This document shows, piece by piece, positions 19,822 through 30,151 of a DNA stretch of 64,000 bases. The stretch is from an uncultured Actinomycetota bacterium (lineage in GTDB: Bacteria > Actinomycetota > Acidimicrobiia > Acidimicrobiales > RAAP-2), in assembly GCA_963838005.1 (NCBI GenBank), contig CAWIPW010000007.1, positions 54,691 to 118,690 on the forward strand, given 5' to 3'. Position 1 is the stretch's first letter, and each line of letters starts with the position of its first letter. The notes under the pieces are model-generated. The model was not told where the DNA came from. It made no database searches and was given only the letters and a program-made list of their open reading frames with translations. Both the position numbers and the translations under genes were made by a program.

Positions 19822-19976
19822 AACTGCTTGCCCACGGGCACGGCCGTCCCTACGCTCGCAGGTGAGCACCGGGAGGGTAGGGGGAACATGTCGACCGTCG
19901 CAGCGAGGCGCCCCGCCGGCGACATCGGAACCCGACGGCGCACCGCCGGGACGGTCGGCGGGTCGGTCCGACGCCC

Positions 19977-21688
19977 ATGAGCGTCGGACGGTCTCCCCCG
20001 CCTCGATCTTCTCGCCTCCGCCATCGCCGGCGTACCGCTGACGGTGGCACCGGCCGCGCCCGGCGAGCCCTCGTGGACCGATGGCGCCGTCGTCTACGTC
20101 GACGGTGCCCTCGTGCCCCCGGCGCAGCTCCGTGCCGTCGGGGTACAGGCCGCGCTGCTGGCCGCCGGAAGCCTCTCGCCCGGCATCGTGGGGAACCTCG
20201 ATCGGCGCTCGTCGACCGTGGCCCGGTACCTCGCCGTCGAAGGTCACCGGGCGCTCGCCGCCCACGAGTACGTCCTCCCCCCGTCGGTGCGCAGCCTCAT
20301 CGATCGGACCACGGCCGGCCGGTCGTCGACGCCGGCCGCTTCGCTCGCCATCGCCAAAGGAACGGAGCAGGTCACCGCGGCACCGGCGGCATTCGGCACG
20401 ATCCGGCCTCGGCTGGTGCGCAGGACGCATCCTTCCGAAGCCGGGGCCGCCCGGCACGACCCCCGCCCGACCCGCGACCGGGTACTGCGCGAGCTCGACG
20501 ACGGTGAGGAGGCCGATAGTGGCGGTGGGACCGACCTCTTCAACCCGGTGGGCGGCGCGGGCGCCCTCGGCCGCCTGCTCCAGCGGATCCTGGGCACCTC
20601 GCGCTCGACCGGTTCGGGCAGCCCGGGCGCCGAGACCGCCACCCATCGCACGCGCCGGGTCGGAGCGGGTCGCCCGTGGCGCCGGCGTCTCCAGCGGCCG
20701 GGCCGAACTGCCCGACCACTCGGGCGCCCTCGACCACCGGGGGGTGACCTACCCCGAATGGGACGTCCTCCGGCGGCGGTACCGGGCCGACTGGTGCACG
20801 GTCGCCGAGGTCGGGGCAGACGTTTCCGGTGCCGACGTGCCCCCACCGCCTGTGGCCACCGCCCTGCGCAGGTCACTGTCACGCCTCGGTCTCGACCTCG
20901 AGCGCCGGCATCGACAGCCCCAGGGCGACGACATCGACATCGATGCCACCGTCGAGGCGCTGGTGGATCTGGCCGCGGGCGCGCCGCCCGACGAGTCGAT
21001 CTACATCGACAGCGTGCGACAACGACGCGAGCTGTCGGTGTTGGTGCTGCTCGACATCTCGGGCTCGGCCGGCGAACCGAGCAGCTCCGGGGGCACGGTC
21101 CACGAGCAGCAGCGCGCCGTCGCCATCTCCCTGCTGCAGGCGCTCGACGACCTGGGCGACCGGGTGGCGCTCTACGGCTTCCGGTCGCAGGGCCGGACCG
21201 CCGTCCACGTCGTTCCCGTCAAGCGGTTCGGCGACCGGTTCGACTCGTTGACGCTCCGCCGACTGCACGGCCTGGCGCCGGGGGCGTACACGCGACTCGG
21301 CGCGGCCGTCCGCCACGGTGCCTCCGTGTTGGAGACGGATGGCGGCACTGTGCGCCGACTCCTCGTGGTGCTGTCGGACGGCTTCGCCTACGACCACGGG
21401 TACGAGGGCACGTACGCCGAAGGCGACGCCCGGCGTGCGCTGGCCGAGGCACGCCGCCGGGGCACCGCGTGCCTGTGCCTGAGCATCGGCGCCGGAACCG
21501 ACCCTGTGGCCCTGCGGCGCGTCTTCGGCACGACGGCCTGGGCCGGCTTCCCCCGTCCCGACCAGCTGCCGGCGACCGCCGGCCCGTTGTTCCGCACGGC
21601 GCTGCAGCTGGCCGACGTCCAGCGACGGTCGTCGCAACGCAACGGGCGGACGCGCGAGCGTCTGCTGGTCGAGGGGAGTTCCGCGTGA
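19977..21688 (+). pseudogene. NorD/CbbO-like von Willebrand factor A protein, 2 frame breaks
   Basis: The ATG at 19977 needs a shift in the C-run 19995-19999 to reach RLDLLASAIAGVPLTVAPAAPGEPSWTDGAVVYVD (ORF 20044..). A second break at ~20680 leads into ORF 20081..21688, which carries the VWA MIDAS motif VLLDISGSAGE. Confidence 0.75.
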
Positions 21689-22485
21689 GCGAAGGCGACC
21701 GTCCCTACTACCAGCCGGTCGGCAACGAGGAGGAGGTGTTCAGGGCCGCCTACCGGCAGGGGCTGTCGATCCTCCTGAAGGGCCCGACCGGGTGCGGCAA
21801 GACCAGGCTCATCGAGACCATGGCCCACGACCTCGGGTGCCCCCTCATCACCGTCGCGTGCCACGATGACCTCACCACCGCCGACCTGGTCGGACGCTTT
21901 CTGCTGCAGGGCGGTGACACGAACTGGGTCGACGGACCGCTGACCAGGGCCGTCAGGGAGGGCGCGATCTGCTACCTCGACGAAGTCGTGGAGGCCCGGC
22001 AGGACACGACGGTGGTGCTCCATCCGCTGAGCGACCATCGCCGCAGGCTCCCCATCGAACGGCTCGGCGTCACGCTCGAGGCCACGCCGGGGTTCTGCCT
22101 CGTGGTGTCCTACAACCCGGGCTACCAGAGCGTCCTCAAGGACCTGAAGGACTCCACCCGTCAGCGGATGATCGCCATCGAGCTCGACTTTCCTCCCCCG
22201 GAGGTCGAGGAGCGCGTGGTCGCCCACGAGGCCGGCGTCGACGACGACACCGCCGCCCGACTCGTCCGGCTGGGCCAGGTCATCCGACGGCTCGACCATG
22301 CCGGACTGCGCGAAGTGGCCTCCACACGGGTCCTCATTGCCGCCGGCCGGCTCACGACCGAGGGCCTGAGCCTGCGCGACGCCGCCCGGGTGGGCGTCGC
22401 CGGACCGCTCACCGACGACCCGGTCGTCACCGCCGGGCTGTTCGAGATGATCGACGCCTACGTGGCCCACGACGCCCGCCCCTGA
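21685..22485 (+). CDS. NorQ/CbbQ (MoxR-class) AAA+ ATPase
   Basis: The GTG start overlaps the NorD-like stop (GTGA). Walker A GPTGCGKT, Walker B ICYLDEV. Intact 266 aa. It is the tail of the chimeric ORF 20044..22485. Confidence 0.88.
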   Translation: MSEGDRPYYQPVGNEEEVFRAAYRQGLSILLKGPTGCGKTRLIETMAHDLGCPLITVACHDDLTTADLVGRFLLQGGDTNWVDGPLTRAVREGAICYLDEVVEARQDTTVVLHPLSDHRRRLPIERLGVTLEATPGFCLVVSYNPGYQSVLKDLKDSTRQRMIAIELDFPPPEVEERVVAHEAGVDDDTAARLVRLGQVIRRLDHAGLREVASTRVLIAAGRLTTEGLSLRDAARVGVAGPLTDDPVVTAGLFEMIDAYVAHDARP

Positions 22486-22529
22486 CGCCGGTCCTCGTTG
22501 ACGCATCCGGGACCGTCCACTACCGTTCG

Positions 22530-22545
22530 GAACAAATATCAGGTT
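22530..22545. promoter_or_regulatory. 16-bp operator-like motif, site 5 of 8
   Basis: GAACAAATATCAGGTT, identical to site 8. 52 nt upstream of the start at 22598. Confidence 0.45.
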
Positions 22546-22597
22546 TTCACCGCCCCGCCGCCGAGGTGCGGGCCGGTCGTCCGAGTGGGGAACCGAC

Positions 22598-23711
22598 GTG
22601 TCCTACGAGAGCCATGCGGAGCCGATCAAGCTCGGGTACCTCTTCGACTTCAAGCTGCCGGATGCCTATCCGGACGAGATGCGGAAGGACCTCACCAGGC
22701 CGTTCGAGCTCGTCTTCAAGGACGGCTTCCAACGGGGCCTGATCGATCGACCCGTCGAGATCGTCTACCGAGAGGTCGAGGGTCTGCCCAAGGGCACGAT
22801 CAAGGCGGTCATCGACGCCTACGGCGAACTGGTCGATGAGGGCTGCCTCCTCGTGTTCGGTCCGGCGATCACCGACAACTGCGTACCCACCAGGGAGGCC
22901 ATCGAGGAGCGGTTCCACGTCCCCGCGCTCGAGCATGACGGGGACCGACGACTGGCTGGGGGAGTGGACGTTCTCGCTGCCGCAGGGGTCGATGACCGAC
23001 GAGCCGATGTTCTGGGCGGATCTCATCGCCAGGGACGGCCACACCACCGTGGGCGCCCTGGTCGAGCAGTCGCTCGTGGGCGAGACCTACATCCGCAACT
23101 TCCGGGCCGCGTGCGCCCGCAAGGGCATCCAGATCGTCGCCGAGGCGTCGATCCCGCAGACCGGGCAGGACATCGACGCGCAGGTGCGGGAGCTCCACGA
23201 CGCCAAGCCCCAGGCCATCGTGCACTGCGGCTTCGGCTTCGGCATCGTCCGCATCAGCCCCGTCCTGGCGGAGCTCGGATGGGATCCGCCCCGCTACATG
23301 GGCACGGCGTTCCAGAACGCGTGGATCAACCCGGTGATGTGGAACGCCATCCTCGGCTGGACCGGTCTCGACCAGTACGACGAGGCCAACCTCGTGGGTC
23401 AGGCCTTCCTCGACGACTACGAGGCCGCCTACGGCCGCCGACCCGAGTACTGCGTCCCGGTCATGAACCGTGACTTCGCCACTGTCCTGCTGCACGCGTT
23501 CGCCGACGCACATCCGCTGACGCCGAGAGGGGTCAAGGAGGCGCTCGAGCGGGTGAAGATGATCCCGGCGGCCGGGGGCGCCCCGGGCACCTACCTCTCG
23601 TTCGGGAAGTGGACCCGGCGCGGCTGGATGGGTGCCGGCTACCTGGTGGCCCGGACCCTGGACCCCGACGGCGAGCACTCCCATCTCGTCGGTCGCTTCG
23701 GGAGCCTGTGA
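22598..23711 (+). pseudogene. periplasmic-binding-protein type I fold protein (LivK-like) without a signal peptide, one +1 break ~22935
   Basis: MSYESHAEPIKLGYLFDFKLPDAYPDEMRKD... (no hydrophobic N-terminus) is in ORF 22598..23473. The remainder (…TGTDDWLGEWTFSLPQGSMTDEPMFWADLIARDGH…) is in ORF 22836..23711. Confidence 0.7.
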
Positions 23712-24874
23712 TGGTGACCACGGAGACTGCCTCGGCCACCGAGGCGTCGGCGCCGCCGGCCGGAGCCGAGCCCCCCAGGCAGAAGAGCATCCTCGGGGGC
23801 GTGGCGTGGGCGCTGTTCGGGTTGGCGGTGGTCGCCGTCGTCGTCTTCGTCTCCTACCACCTCCAGCCTCCGGGCCACCTCTCCCCGCGGGTCGCCAACC
23901 CGGCCGTGCACGGCGCCCCCCGACCGGTACGACCGCTCTTCGGGGACACCCACTGGCTGACCAAGATGCAGCTGGGCACCGTGGGCGCGGTCACCCTCGT
24001 CGTCGTGCTCATCGTGGTGTTCTGGCGCCGCTACCCGCGCCACCCGATCCTGCTGTGCGCCCTCGCGTGCTCGGCCATCGTGTGGATGGACCCCGTCATG
24101 AACTGGGCGCCGTACGCCGTCTACAACCCCCAGCTGTGGCACCTTCCCTCCGAGTGGCCGCTCGTGCGGCTGTCCCCGACCATCGAACCGTTCGTCGTCC
24201 TCGGCTACGTGACCTTCTACCTCGGCCCGTTCTTCGTGGGCATCTGGATCCTCCGCCGGCTCCAGCGTCGCCGGCCGGTCGGCTCGTTCGTGTGGCGGCA
24301 CCCCCTCGATCAGCCTGGCGGTGCTCGTCTTCATCATCGGGTTCGTCTACGACGCCTGCCTCGAGATCTTCTGCGTCCGCGCCGGGCTATACATCTACTC
24401 GCAGGTCATACCGTTCGGATCGGTGTTCACCGGGCAAGGCGTACCAGTTCCCGCTGCTGTGGGAGTCGTCGCTCGTCACGGTGGTGATGATTCCGGCGGC
24501 CGTCCTCCTCTACCGCGACGACACCGGGAAGACAGTGGCCGAGAAGCTGGCCCAGCGACTGCGCCTGTTCGGCACGGCGCCCGGCGCTGGCCACGTTCGC
24601 CGTGATGTTCGCCATCCTGATGACCGCCTACGCGGTCTACGGACTCGGGTTCGCCGTCATCCGCTGGACCAAGACGGCCACCTCGGTCGCCTGCCCGTAT
24701 CCCTACCCCGAGGCCAAGGTGTACGACCCGAACGGCTTCTATGCTGAGAACGGCCAGCCGGGTCCGTACTTCGCGGGCAGCTGGGACGGTTGGATGTCGA
24801 TGCAGCCCGGCGGCCGGCCCAACGTCGCCACCAACCCCGACGGCCGCTGCAGTCCGCAGAGCCTAGGGAAGTGA
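23711..24874 (+). pseudogene. AveC-like polytopic membrane protein, copy 2, 3 frame breaks (all +1)
   Basis: The ATG shares one base with the upstream stop (TGATG). Pieces lie in ORFs 23609..24487, 24321..24605, 23632..24747 (KAYQFPLLWESSLVTVVMIPAAVLLYRDD) and 24602..24874. Confidence 0.5.
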
Positions 24875-24883
24875 GCGAGATCC

Positions 24884-26381
24884 ATGCCTGACACCAAGGT
24901 CGACTTCGAACCGAGGATGCTGATAGACGGCAAGCTCGTCGACGGATCGGTGGGCACGTTCGCCAACATCAATCCGGCCACCGAGGAGGTGCTGGGGGAG
25001 GTGGCCGATGCCTCCGCGGCCGACATGCACCGGGCCATCGACGCCGCCCGCAGGGCCTTCGACGAGACCGACTGGTCGACCAACCATGCCCTCCGCAAAC
25101 AGTGCCTGGAGCAGTTCCATGCGGCCATCGAGGCCGACAAGGAGAACCTCCGCGAGGAGCTCATCCTCGAGGTCGGTTGCCCGCGGATGATCACGCACGG
25201 GCCCCAGCTGGATGCGCCGCTGTCGGGCGCATTGACCTATCCGGCCAAGCTCATCGACGAGTACCCGTGGGAGGAGGACCTCGGCGTGGAGATGAGCGAG
25301 CTGACCCACCAGCTCACCCGTCGCCAGGTCTGGCGCGAGGCGGTCGGGGTGGTGGGGGCCATCGTGCCGTGGAACTTTCCGTTCGAGGTGGCCATCAACA
25401 AGCTCGGCCAGGCCCTGGCGACCGGCAACACGGTCGTGCTGAAGCCGGCGCCCGACACGCCCTACAACGCCAACCGGCTCGGCCGGCTCATCGCCGAGCA
25501 CACCGACATCCCCGCAGGGGTGGTCAACGTCGTCACGGCGTCCGACCACCTGGTCGGCGAGGAGCTGACGCTGTCGCCCAAGGTGGACCTCATCTCGTTC
25601 ACCGGATCGACGGTCGTCGGCAAGCGCATCATGGAGAAGGGTGCCGCCACCATGAAGCGGCTCTTCCTCGAGCTGGGCGGCAAGTCGGCCACCATCGTGC
25701 TCGACGACGCCGACCTGCCGTCGGCCACACTCATCGGCATCGCCCCGTGCATGCACGCCGGGCAGGGATGCGCCATTCCGACGCGGATGCTGCTCCCCCG
25801 CTCGCGCTACGACGAAGGCGTCGAGCTGTTGAAGGCGATGTACGAGGGCATCGCACCCGGCGACCCGCAGGACCCCGGGACGCTGTGCGGGCCGCTCATC
25901 TCGGCCAAGCAGCGCGACCCGCGTGCTCGGTTACATACAGAAGGGCATCGACGAAGGCGCCACGCTGCTCGTCGGCGGCACCGAACCACCGGAGGGCCTC
26001 GACCGGGGCTTCTTCGTGCGGCCCACGCTGTTCGCCGACGTCGACAACTCGATGACGATCGCCCAGGAGGAGATCTTCGGACCCGTGCTGTGCGTCATCC
26101 CCTACGAGGATGAGGACGACGCCGTGCGCATCGCCAACGACAGCTCGTACGGTCTGGCCGGCAACGTCATGTCCTCTTCACTGGAGCGCTCTCTCGCCGT
26201 CACGCATCGCATCCGCGCCGGCTTCATGGGGGTCAACGGGGGCGCCGCCTACAGCGCGGACGTGCCGTTCGGGGGGTACAAGGAGAGCGGCGTGGGACGC
26301 CAGAACGGCTACGCCGGATTCGACCAGTACCTCGAGGTCAAGTCGGTGGGGTGGCCGGTGGAGGAGCCGGTCACGGATTGA
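24884..26381 (+). pseudogene. NAD(P)-dependent aldehyde dehydrogenase (copy 1), one +1 break ~25920
   Basis: VPWNFP, FTGSTVVGKRI, ELGGKSA and the catalytic Cys in HAGQGCAIPTR are in ORF 24884..26113. The C-terminus EEIFGPVL...[15 protein letters not shown] is in ORF 25923..26381. Confidence 0.85.
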
Positions 26382-27127
26382 ACTGGCCGGTGGGACGGGC
26401 GACCAGCTCGTTGATGCAGACCCCGTCCGGCAGGCTGATCATGAACGCGATGATCTCGCCGAGCACCGACGGATCGGCCGGCACCGTCCCCGGTGCCAGC
26501 AGCGGATAGTCGTTCGGCGGGACGTCGCCGTCGATGACCAGGCCCTCGAGGGTCATCGCCTCCGTCTCGAACATGCCCGGCACGACGAGGCCGGCATTGA
26601 TTCCCCTGGGAGCGAGCTCGAGTCGGAGCGTCTCGAACGCGGCCTGCAGTCCGCGCTTCGACGCCCCGTAGATCCCGACGCCGGGCATCGGCGTGATCGC
26701 CGCGGCCGACCCGACCAGCACCACGTCGCGGCGCCCTGCGTCGGCGAAGTGGCCCACCGCGAACCGGGTGCTCGCCAGCGGCGCGAGCAGATTGAGCTCG
26801 AACAGCTCGCGCCACCGCTCCGGCGTGCCCGTCGTCAGGCCTCCGACCATGGACTTGCCGGCGCACGCGACGATGCCGTCCAGCCCACCGAGCTGCCGGT
26901 CGGCCTCACCGACCGCCGCCTCCAGGGCGCCGAGGTCGGTGACATCACAGGGAACGCCGACCGAACGGTCGCCCAGTTCGACCTGGAGCTCGTTGAGCCG
27001 CTCCTTGCGCCGGGCGAGCATCGCGACCGCGCCACCACCGCCCACGACGGCGCGACAGACCTCCGCACCGATACCGCTCGACGCACCGGTCACGATCACC
27101 CGACGACCGCTCAGATCAACAGCCCAT
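26371..27127 (-). pseudogene. short-chain dehydrogenase/reductase; extra G right after the ATG
   Basis: GGAGG-N8-ATG at 27127, then a G-run (27122-27124) one base too long. The corrected reading is MAVDLSGRRVIVTGASSGIGAEV... The catalytic YGASKRG is in ORF 26371..27210. The alternative is an intact ORF starting at 27210. Confidence 0.7.
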
Positions 27128-27172
27128 CGTCTCGCCCTCCCCGACCGCTCTCCCGTCGCCACGGCGGGACGA

Positions 27173-28087
27173 TCACATCGCCATACTGGCAGCGTCGGTG
27201 ACCCGGGCATGGGTCACATCGAGGATCGTTTCCAGGTTCTCGGCGATGTCCTCGGGGGTCATCGGGTTCCTTCATCAACCCCTCGGCGTGGACGACCGCC
27301 AACCGCGCCGCGCCGCCCATGCCCACCTGGATGACCTCCCCGTTGAGCTCGCAGCGTCTCGTGGGCCAGGTACAGCGCCGCAGGCGAGCACATGTCCGGC
27401 GGCATGCTCGCGTTGACGGCGGTCATCGTCTCCGCGTCCATGCCGAAGATCTTCGCCAGGCGGCCGCTCTCGGCATCGGACATGCGGGTATGGGCCCGCG
27501 GGGCGATGGCGTTCACCCGTATACCGGTGGCCGTCGCCTCCGTCGCCAGGTTTCTGGTCAGCCCGAAGACGGCGCCCTTCGCCGCGCCGTAGCTCGACAG
27601 CTCGGGGATGCCGCCCAGCATCGCCTCGGAGGCGGTGTTGACGATCCGGCCGTACCCTGTGGTGAGGAAGTGCTTCCACGCCGCATGGGTGACGAAGAGC
27701 GTCCCGAAGAAGTGGACGTCCATCATCCGGCGGAATTGCGCGGTCGTCAGCTCCTCGAACGGTGCAGGATCGTTGATCCCCGCATTGTTGACGACTGCAT
27801 CGAGCCTGCCGTAGGTGGCGATCGCCGCCTCGATGATCGATGACGCCGCTTCCTCATCGGCGACGTCGGCGACACACGGCACGGCCTCGCCGCCGGCAGT
27901 CGCGGATTTCGGCGGCGACGTCCTCGGCGGGCCCCCTGGAGCTGCCCGTCCCGTCGACCATGACGCCGTAGTCGGCGACCACGACCCGGGCGCCTCGCCC
28001 AGCGAACGCCAGGGCATGTGACCGGCCGATGCCCCGGCCGGCGCCGGTGACGACGACCACCCGGTCGTCGAAGCGCAGTTCGTCCAT
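27173..28087 (-). pseudogene. SDR oxidoreductase, Hsd4A/MFE-2-like (second copy), at least 3 frame breaks
   Basis: [41 protein letters not shown] (ORF 27854..28102), then the core with YGAAKGA (ORF 27259..28131), then ELNGEVIQVGMGGAARLAVVHAEGLMKEP (ORF 27111..27326), then MTPEDIAENLETILDVTHARVTDAASMAM with the stop at 27173. Confidence 0.75.
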
Positions 28088-28108
28088 CTCTCGTACCCCC
28101 ACATGGTG

Positions 28109-28124
28109 GACCGACTATTTGGTT
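28109..28124. promoter_or_regulatory. 16-bp operator-like motif, site 6 of 8
   Basis: GACCGACTATTTGGTT, 22 nt upstream of the SDR start at 28087. Confidence 0.45.
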
Positions 28125-28271
28125 CTGCCAACTATACAGCGCGGCCGTGCCCGCAGCGACGCAGCCGCTGAGTCCACGGTGCCGGCGGTCCCCGGTCCCG
28201 GGCCGGCGAGACGGCCGCCAGCTGTGCCGCTCCGGCCGGTTGACCCCGCCCGGGGACGATCGTAGGATGCG

Positions 28272-28287
28272 GACCAAATCTCAGGTC
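28272..28287. promoter_or_regulatory. 16-bp operator-like palindrome, site 7 of 8, with a TAGGAT -10-like box just upstream
   Basis: cgTAGGATgcgGACCAAATCTCAGGTC. The 29-nt context is nearly identical to site 8. Confidence 0.5.
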
Positions 28288-28356
28288 AGCATGCGCATCG
28301 CGCGCGCATTGCCGGCGCCGGCGCCGTCGGCGCCGACGAGCTCGAGTGAGGACGAC

Positions 28357-29859
28357 ATGGCTGAGCAGCGGCGGTACCAGAACCTGATCAACGGGGAGCT
28401 CGTCCCGGCGGCGTCGGGTCGGTACCTCGAGTCGGTGAACCCGACGACCGGCGAGGTGTGGGCGGAGGTTCCGCTCAGCGACGGCAGCGATGTCGGACGA
28501 GGCCGTGGAGGCTGCCGCCGCCGCCTTCCCGGCATGGTCGAGGCTCACCGCGCAGCAGCGCGCCGCCGCAACTCGAGAACGTGGCCGACGCTCTTCGCCG
28601 AGCACGGCGAGGAGCTGGCCCAGCTCGAGTCGACCGACAACGGCACGCTCATCGGCGTGACCCGCCCGATGAACGGCATGGCCATGGAGTTCCTGTGGAA
28701 GCGGGCGCGCATTCGAGACGCTTGCAGCCACGACCGGTAGGAGCGTCGTGCTCGACCCGAGACGTTCGGGCTCACCCGGCGGGAGCCCTACGGCGTCATC
28801 GCGGCGATCGTCCCGTACAACATGCCGATCGCCATGTTCTGCAACAAGACGTCCCTCGCCCTGGCGGCCGGCAACACCGTGGTCGCGAAGCCGCCGGAGC
28901 AGGCCAGCACCGGCGTCCTGCGGGTGGCCGAGCTGCTGGCCGACGTGCTTCCGCCCGGTGTCGTCAACATCGTCTCGGGGCTGGGGGACGTCGGGCGACG
29001 CGCTCGTCCGCCACGAGAAGGTCATGAAGGTCTCGATGACCGGGTCGACAGCGACCGCCAAGCTCATCCAGCGGGCGGCCGCCGACACCCTCACGCCGAG
29101 CATCTTCGAGCTCGGCGGCAAGTCGCCCAACATCGTCTTCGCCGACGCCGACCTCGATGCCGCCGCCTTCGGCGCCACCATCCCGTCCGTCTACACGTTC
29201 AATGCGGGCCAGGCCTGCGTCGCCGGCTCGCGCATACTGGTCCAGCGCCCCGTTCTGGACGAGATGCTGCAGCGCATCCAGGCCATCGCCGAGTCGATCG
29301 TCATCGGCGATCCCCTCGACCCGGCCACGACGATGGGTCCGCTCATCTCGCAGGCGCACTACGACCGGGTCGTCCACTACATCGAGATCGGCAACAAGGA
29401 GACGGAGCTCGTCTTCGGGGGTCGACACGGCGCCGAGGTCGTACCGGAACTGTCCGGACGGCTACTGGGTCGAGCCGACGCTCTTCATGGCGGAGGACAA
29501 CTCTCCGCGGATCTGCCGGGATGAGATCTTCGGCCCGGTGGCGGCCGTCATCCCCTTCGACACGGACGAAGAGGCGGTGGAGATCGCCAACGACAGCCGT
29601 TTCGGCCTGGCATCCGGGGTATGGACCCGGGATCTCGCCCGGGCGCACCGCATGATCCGTGACATCGAGTCGGGCAACGTGTGGGTCAACACCTACCTGC
29701 AGACCCGTCACGAACTGCCGTTCGGCGGGCATCAAGGAGAGCGGTTACGGGCAGGACTCCATCCTCGACTACACGTACGAGAAGGCGGCGGTGATCACCG
29801 GTACGCCCGCGACGGCACTGACCGGTGGTTCACCCGTTCCCATGCCGCCTTCCGACTGA
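28357..29859 (+). pseudogene. aldehyde dehydrogenase (copy 2), about 8 frame breaks
   Basis: Readable across three frames: MAEQRRYQNLINGELVPAASGRYLESVNPTTGEVWAEVPLSDGSDV / DEAVEAAAAAFPAWSRLTAQQRAA / LENVADA / FAEHGEELAQLESTDNG... / FETLAATTGRSVVLDP / TFGLTRREPYGVIAAIVPYNMP... / DALVRHEKV...ELGGKSP...AGQACVAGSR / GYWVEPTLF...EIFGPV / IKESGYGQDS. Confidence 0.8.
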
Positions 29860-30090
29860 GACCCCGACATCGAGAGGTGCATTCGATGCGCGGCAACCGC
29901 GGCGCCCCGACGCCACTGCGCAGTCCGCAGCAACCGCAACGCGCGCCCATTTGGGTTTCATAGGTGGCGGCGCGCGGCTCGTTTCGCTCGAGTTGCCACT
30001 CCCAGTGCTTGCGCGACCTCGTAAAGGCGACCTCGTGGATTTCGCGACGAACGACCGGTTGACCCCTGTCGACGCCGACCGTAGGATGCG

Positions 30091-30106
30091 GAACAAATAT
30101 CAGGTT
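30091..30106. promoter_or_regulatory. 16-bp operator-like motif, site 8 of 8, with a TAGGAT -10-like box
   Basis: cgTAGGATgcgGAACAAATATCAGGTT, 46 nt upstream of the ATG at 30152. Confidence 0.5.
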
Positions 30107-30151
30107 ATGCGGGTGACACACGGCAGGTCCCGCAGGGGGGAGAGCAGAGGA

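Noticed and set aside
20044-22485. 813-aa ORF spanning the NorD-like and NorQ-like genes
   Set aside because: Only the first ~210 and the last 266 codons are protein-like in this frame. The VWA domain is in ORF 20081..21688, and the ATPase has its own GTG start at 21685 overlapping the VWA stop.
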